The notes under the pieces: generated by a model | The model's database searches: none | What the model saw: only the letters and a program-made list of their open reading frames with translations | What the model was told of the DNA's origin: nothing | NCBI GenBank assembly: GCA_963664195.1 | Contig: OY760907.1 | Location: forward strand, 896,001 to 960,000 | Length of the DNA stretch: 64,000 nucleotides | Reading direction: 5' to 3' | Source: an uncultured candidate division Zixibacteria bacterium | GTDB taxonomy: Bacteria; Zixibacteria; MSB-5A5; GN15; FEB-12 | Program-made: the position numbers and the translations under genes | Shown here: positions 59,185 through 64,000 of the stretch, one piece after another | How positions within the stretch are numbered: position 1 is the stretch's first letter | Layout of the letters: the number at the start of each line of letters is the position of its first letter

Positions 59185-60219
59185 TCAATGGTTATGGCCG
59201 TCGTCAAAGCCGCTCTTGAGAAGCTGCGCTTTAAGCACAAAACCGCCTTTGCTCACATATTCCTCGCCTGGCTGCAAACCGGAAAGGACCTCTGCCCTAT
59301 CAGTGTTGTGCCTGCCAAGCTTGACATCGCGGGCTTCGAAACCGTGGTCGTCGCGAACGAATACAATCTGCTCGTTGTGGAGGATCTGAATGGCCTCAAG
59401 CGGGATTGCCAGCTCAACGCTGTCTTCCTGCACGGCGATACGACCGGTCACGAACTGTCCGGGACGCCATTTGCCGTTCCTGTTGGAGATCACCACTCGT
59501 GCCGTTGCGGTGCGCGTGTGTTCATCGACGATCGGCGAGACATAAGAAATCGTGCCCTCGCACATGCCCTCCCTTTCGCCGCAGGTAACGATCACCGGCT
59601 GACCTGCGCGCACATCGGCAAGGTGCATCTGGTTGATGTTTAGATTCACCCACACGGAATCGAGATCCGCAATCACAAAGGCCGGCTCCTGCGCATCGGA
59701 GCGCACTTCGCCCATAGTCAAGTGTTTGTCGATAATAGTCCCGCTGATCAGAGATTTGATCTCGTAGGAGGTGAGAGACTCGTTACTCTCTATGACAGCG
59801 AGAACATCGCCGATTTCCACGTGATCTCCGACCGCCCTACGGACGCTCTTGACAACGCCCGGAAAACGCGGGACGATATGTGCGATGCGATCACCGTGGA
59901 CAGCAACCTCACCGGGAACGGTGATCTCGGTGTTCAGGCTGCCGGGACCGGCACGGTCAACTAACACCCCGAATTCGGCAATCTCTGCTTCGGTAAGCTC
60001 AACCGCCCCGTGCCCCTCGTGTTCGTCACCGGAAGTAGCCGCATGGTTATGTCCTTCGTGATTATCTTCCTGAGTCGCAGATGCCGCCTGATGGCTTTCT
60101 CCGCTCCGATGACCATGTCCTTCGTGAGCATCGTCTTCAGATGCAATCGCCGAGATAAGAACAAACGGCAAAGCCACCAGGGTCAGCGTCAACATATATA
60201 GTAGACAGTTTTTCTGCAT
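59185..60219 (-). CDS. czcB: HME-RND periplasmic adaptor with His-rich N-terminus (CzcB-like)
   Basis: HEGHGH/HEGHNH repeats, IADLDSVW, TRTATARV, WRPGQFV. Confidence 0.9.
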   Translation of the reverse strand: MQKNCLLYMLTLTLVALPFVLISAIASEDDAHEGHGHRSGESHQAASATQEDNHEGHNHAATSGDEHEGHGAVELTEAEIAEFGVLVDRAGPGSLNTEITVPGEVAVHGDRIAHIVPRFPGVVKSVRRAVGDHVEIGDVLAVIESNESLTSYEIKSLISGTIIDKHLTMGEVRSDAQEPAFVIADLDSVWVNLNINQMHLADVRAGQPVIVTCGEREGMCEGTISYVSPIVDEHTRTATARVVISNRNGKWRPGQFVTGRIAVQEDSVELAIPLEAIQILHNEQIVFVRDDHGFEARDVKLGRHNTDRAEVLSGLQPGEEYVSKGGFVLKAQLLKSGFDDGHNH

Positions 60220-60221
60220 CG

Positions 60222-61553
60222 TTACGGTTCCTGTGAAATGGATTCTTTGTCAAACGTGATGCCCATCGTTGTTTCAAGCGTCATGATCTCCTCTGCAATC
60301 TCAAGCTCGAGATCGTTGAGTTCCGATCGAATATCTATCAACCTGTGTTGAGCTTCGAGAAAGTCTGCGTACGGAAGACGACCGGCCTCATAGGCAGATC
60401 TCAGCGTCTCGAACGTAGATTCTGCTTTCGGCAACACGCGGTTGTCAATGGCGTCGCGTCGCCTCATCAGTTGGGCTGCCCGACCATGCATCGCGGCAAG
60501 CTCGGTACGGACATCAACCTCGGCCTGTTGCCGCTCGTAATCCAAGGCCAGAGATTTCGCTTCGAACGCGGCCATACCACCCTGATTGCTATTGAACAAC
60601 GGCAGCGGCATCGACAGCCCGAACCGGAACGTATTGGTATTCTCCGCCTCGTTCCGTTTGAAACCACCTGCGAAGGTCAGGTTCGGTCTCGATTCCGACC
60701 TGGCTTCCCGTAGACCGGCTTTGATTTCCGCAGACGTGTGATCAAGATCAACCAATGGCCGACAACCTCCTGCGGCGATCATAAGAGCATCCAATGCCGG
60801 GATGCTGTTGTGGAATCCCCCTTGCACCACCAGTCCCTCACCATCGTCATTCCAGAGAGCGGCGAGCTGTCTGCGGGCATTCTCAAGTTCGGCCAGAGCC
60901 GACTCCAGATCCAGGGCAGACTGCTCCGCTTCGAGTTCAGCCAGCAGTAATTCCGAGGTCATGGTAGCTCCCTTCTCCACGCGCCGCTCAATCGTCTCCA
61001 CGATCTCCAGCGCGAGACTACCCGACTGTCGTGTCAGGGCTGCGTTCCGCTGGGCATGCAGGAGAGCATGAAATCGATAGTGCGCTGCGGCATACAGATC
61101 AAATCGCTCGACACTGGTTTCCCAAATGCGACGCTCAAGAGCCTTCCCGGCGACGTTCTTGCGAGCGCCTCGCTTCCCCCACAGATCGAACTCCTGCGAG
61201 AGCGAAAAGACAAATTCGGCGTTACTGAATCCCGGGTTGTCGCCACCGACGTTTTCGGCCTCGATTTCAAACTCAGGGTTGGGTCTTGTGCCGACCTGGT
61301 CGACCAAAGACTCGGCCGCCCGGCGGCGCTCGGTCCCGGCAAGCAGCCTGCGATTGTTCTGTGCCACAAGGCCCAGCACCGCTTCCAATGTCAGCGCCTC
61401 ACCCTCCGTAGCCTCGGGTTCGGGGGCTACGGTAAGCGGGTCGCTCCATTGCCTGTTCATGTCCTGTCCGGTCACCGGGCACCATACTGCCAACACGAGC
61501 AGCAGGCAGATTATTCCCGTGGCCGGGTGCAGGTCTCTTCCAGTCATATACAT
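60222..61553 (-). CDS. czcC: TolC-family outer-membrane factor (CzcC-like)
   Basis: RPNPEF, GKRGAR, LSMPLPLFNSNQG, AYEAG. Confidence 0.9.
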   Translation of the reverse strand: MYMTGRDLHPATGIICLLLVLAVWCPVTGQDMNRQWSDPLTVAPEPEATEGEALTLEAVLGLVAQNNRRLLAGTERRRAAESLVDQVGTRPNPEFEIEAENVGGDNPGFSNAEFVFSLSQEFDLWGKRGARKNVAGKALERRIWETSVERFDLYAAAHYRFHALLHAQRNAALTRQSGSLALEIVETIERRVEKGATMTSELLLAELEAEQSALDLESALAELENARRQLAALWNDDGEGLVVQGGFHNSIPALDALMIAAGGCRPLVDLDHTSAEIKAGLREARSESRPNLTFAGGFKRNEAENTNTFRFGLSMPLPLFNSNQGGMAAFEAKSLALDYERQQAEVDVRTELAAMHGRAAQLMRRRDAIDNRVLPKAESTFETLRSAYEAGRLPYADFLEAQHRLIDIRSELNDLELEIAEEIMTLETTMGITFDKESISQEP

Positions 61554-61698
61554 ATCCTTGCCTCAAGGGCAGATTATCAGTCATCGTAAACAGTCGAAGA
61601 TTGGCATACGCCCAGCTTCGACATCGTCTTATTGAGATTGAAAACAGATACGCCGCGTTGCCACGATCAATATGGCAAGGGCAATTGAAGATCAGAGA

Positions 61699-62124
61699 TC
61701 AGCAGAGCAAGACAGTTGGTGCCAACGGAAAAGTCAGCACCTGATTCGGTGGTTCCGTCGAGATCGCCTGCCAGCCATCGGGGATGGAAGCAGTCAAGTC
61801 AACAAGTCCAGCCGTTCGCAATACGCCGGCATGGTAATGATCAAATCCGGTCGCCTGAGTACGACGGTGTCTGAGGCATTCATCCGGCAGATCGACATCG
61901 TTGCAGGCACCACAACAGTCGACGTTTTCAGCCAGCCCAGCGTTCCCGGTGCAGGCGAACTCTTCATGATGATCGTGAGAGGCAGCTCGAGGGAGGCTAT
62001 CGACGACAACATGGCCGCGCTCGCCGAAACAGACAAAAAACACCTGTGGCTGGACAGCCGAGATTGTGACTGCGATCAGCAATGGCAGACATAGAAACAG
62101 GCGGCTGGCAAAAGAATACTTCAT
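61699..62124 (-). CDS. Cys/His-rich exported leader-like protein ending PTVLLC (CzcI-like)
   Basis: Signal peptide, VCFGERGH, HDHH, CCGAC; directly upstream of czcC. Confidence 0.7.
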   Translation of the reverse strand: MKYSFASRLFLCLPLLIAVTISAVQPQVFFVCFGERGHVVVDSLPRAASHDHHEEFACTGNAGLAENVDCCGACNDVDLPDECLRHRRTQATGFDHYHAGVLRTAGLVDLTASIPDGWQAISTEPPNQVLTFPLAPTVLLC

Positions 62125-62132
62125 TGATCGTC

Positions 62133-62161
62133 AATATACTTGTCTTCGGCCAACCAGTCAA
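62133..62161 (-). promoter_or_regulatory. Sigma70 promoter giving a near-leaderless czcI-like transcript
   Basis: TTGACT (62161-62156), 17 bp, TATATT (62138-62133); ATG at 62124. Confidence 0.6.
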
Positions 62162-62316
62162 GGCTCAACATACCTCAATGGCACGCATGGGGTTCCGGTA
62201 GTGCTGCCATTCTCAAATGATAATTTCGTTCGTCTCCGCCTGAGAACCGTCTATATTGTCGAATAATCCAACTGGCTGTCAGTATGTTGAGGTAAATAGC
62301 AGGAGATAAACCGCCG

Positions 62317-63105
62317 ATGATCCAGATTTCCAACCTATGCCGTTCCTTTGACTCGCTCAAGGCTGTCGATGACCTCTCGTTCGAGGTTCGCGCCGGAGAG
62401 ATTTTCGCGTTGCTCGGTCCCAACGGTGCCGGCAAAACAACCACGATCAAGATGATTCTCGGTATGCTCAGGCCCGATAGCGGCTACGTGAAGTTTCAGG
62501 GTGCCGAAATCTCAATCGAGGATTGCAGTCACAAGTCGCGGATCGGTTACGTTCCGGAAAGCTGTGCTCTCTACGAAAACCTGACCGGTATGGAGTATCT
62601 AAGATTCGTCGGTCATCTGCACCATCTGCCGGAAGAGGAGACGCATCAGAAAGCCGAGCAGATGCTGGAAGCTCTCGGTCTCACGGATTCCGCCGGTAAA
62701 CTGATCCGCGAGTACTCAAAAGGAATGAAACAGAAAATCCTGATCGCATCGGCGCTTATGCATGATCCCGATCTTATCATACTCGATGAGCCGTTCTCCG
62801 GTCTCGATGCAAACGCCGTGTCCGTTTTCAAGGAGCTGTTCAAGGAACAGGCACGCCAGGGCAAAGCGTTGATCTTTTGCTCACACGTACTTGAAGTCGT
62901 CGAGCGGCTGGTGAGCCGGATTCTTATCGTCAAAAACGGCAAGGCTCTCGCAGCTGGTACGCCCGAAGAAATCCTTCTGCAGACCGGACACAAAAGCCTT
63001 GATCGCGCCTTCAACGATTTGACCGGGGCGGGCGATATAGATCTTCGTGCGAAAGACATCGCGGGGATCATCGGCAACGGCTTGAAGAGGTCATCGAATG
63101 AATAG
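62317..63105 (+). CDS. ABC transporter ATP-binding protein (ABC-2 type)
   Basis: GPNGAGKTT, YSKGMKQK, ILDEPFSGLD, SH. Confidence 0.95.
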   Translation: MIQISNLCRSFDSLKAVDDLSFEVRAGEIFALLGPNGAGKTTTIKMILGMLRPDSGYVKFQGAEISIEDCSHKSRIGYVPESCALYENLTGMEYLRFVGHLHHLPEEETHQKAEQMLEALGLTDSAGKLIREYSKGMKQKILIASALMHDPDLIILDEPFSGLDANAVSVFKELFKEQARQGKALIFCSHVLEVVERLVSRILIVKNGKALAAGTPEEILLQTGHKSLDRAFNDLTGAGDIDLRAKDIAGIIGNGLKRSSNE

Positions 63106-64000
63106 TCAGGCACAGAAACTCGACTGGCATCAGTTCAAGACTTTGCTTCGTTTCTCGCTCAAGATGGATTGGCGGGGTGCGTCCAATCCGTTCACCGGCT
63201 ACATGATCGAGAAAAAGAGCAAAGTCCCCGGTATGGTGGTTGTGCTCGGAATTAACTTCTCTGCCTCCGTCATTATGGTAATGATGCTGGTAGAGATAGG
63301 CGATCCGTTCATTGGGATTGTGTTCGCCGCAACGCTGGCGATGGCCATCATCTCGCTGCAGGTTCTGCTTGAGTTCGGCAATCTCATTATGACTCCGGAT
63401 GATTACGACATCATCTCGCCGCATCCGGTGAACTCAAAGACGTTCTATATCTCCAAGTTGGGGCACCTTCTCTCGTACGTCACATTGCTGTCGCTGACGG
63501 CATCCCTGCTACCTTGCATAGCGGGAGGAGTGATCTACGAGTCGATACTCATTCCGATCGAAGTGGTCCTGGTTTTCTGGCTGTGCAGCGTGTTCGCCTG
63601 CGTGGCCATGATGAACCTGTACACACTGGTGTTGAAAATGATCGACCGACGTCGTTTGGAACAGCTGCTCGGCTACACACACATGGTACTGCTGTTCGGG
63701 CTGATGCTCTGCTTCAACTACATTCCGCGACTGGTCAGGAGCCTGGGAGCAGATTTCGATTACGCCGGGCTGTGGTGGCTCAAGGCCCTTCCGGCCAACT
63801 GGATCGCCGCCCCCGTGAAACTACTGAGCGACGGTTGGAACAACGAGTTGGTCTGGTGGAGCGTCCTGGGGTTTGGTCTGATGCTGGGGTTGGGGCGATT
63901 TGCCGTGTCATACCTGTCGCTGTCGTATGCCGAGTCGTTGAACCGAACCTCCTGGACAACCGAAGATTCGTCTGCGGCCAACCAACCCGGCATTATAAGC
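63098..64000 (+). CDS. ABC-2-type permease, N-terminal part (runs off window)
   Basis: Manual translation MNSQAQKLDWHQFKTLL...DDYDIISPHPVNSKTFYISKL with several TM helices; overlaps ATPase stop. Confidence 0.8.
   Translation, partial: MNSQAQKLDWHQFKTLLRFSLKMDWRGASNPFTGYMIEKKSKVPGMVVVLGINFSASVIMVMMLVEIGDPFIGIVFAATLAMAIISLQVLLEFGNLIMTPDDYDIISPHPVNSKTFYISKLGHLLSYVTLLSLTASLLPCIAGGVIYESILIPIEVVLVFWLCSVFACVAMMNLYTLVLKMIDRRRLEQLLGYTHMVLLFGLMLCFNYIPRLVRSLGADFDYAGLWWLKALPANWIAAPVKLLSDGWNNELVWWSVLGFGLMLGLGRFAVSYLSLSYAESLNRTSWTTEDSSAANQPGIIS

Overview
Gene-dense, moderately GC-rich bacterial chromosome segment with about 55 CDS, one tRNA-Asn(GTT), an inactivated IS3-family fragment and several REP-like palindromes. 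No CRISPR array, rRNA or prophage was seen. The gene mix (outer-membrane barrels, lipoproteins, sigma54 activator, HprK) indicates a diderm; an FCB-related lineage such as Zixibacteria is an unverified impression. The most notable loci are: (1) an EctR/CosR-like MarR divergent from a GNAT, two PLP racemases and a Na+:solute symporter, with a palindromic operator over a consensus promoter; (2) an AmtB+porin operon and a rare Rh50-type ammonium channel flanking a two-component pair whose kinase lacks a sensor domain; (3) a sigma54 activator and sigma54 promoter ahead of a lipoprotein, a TPR protein and a TPR-HD-GYP protein; (4) two Cys/His-rich leader-like ORFs ending in TVLL(I/C)-stop, in front of a metallothionein-like protein and czcCBA; (5) a solo OLD nuclease bracketed by inverted REP copies; (6) a minor-pilin trio bounded by a duplicated gene 3' end. 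All calls come from reading motifs by eye; no database searches were run.
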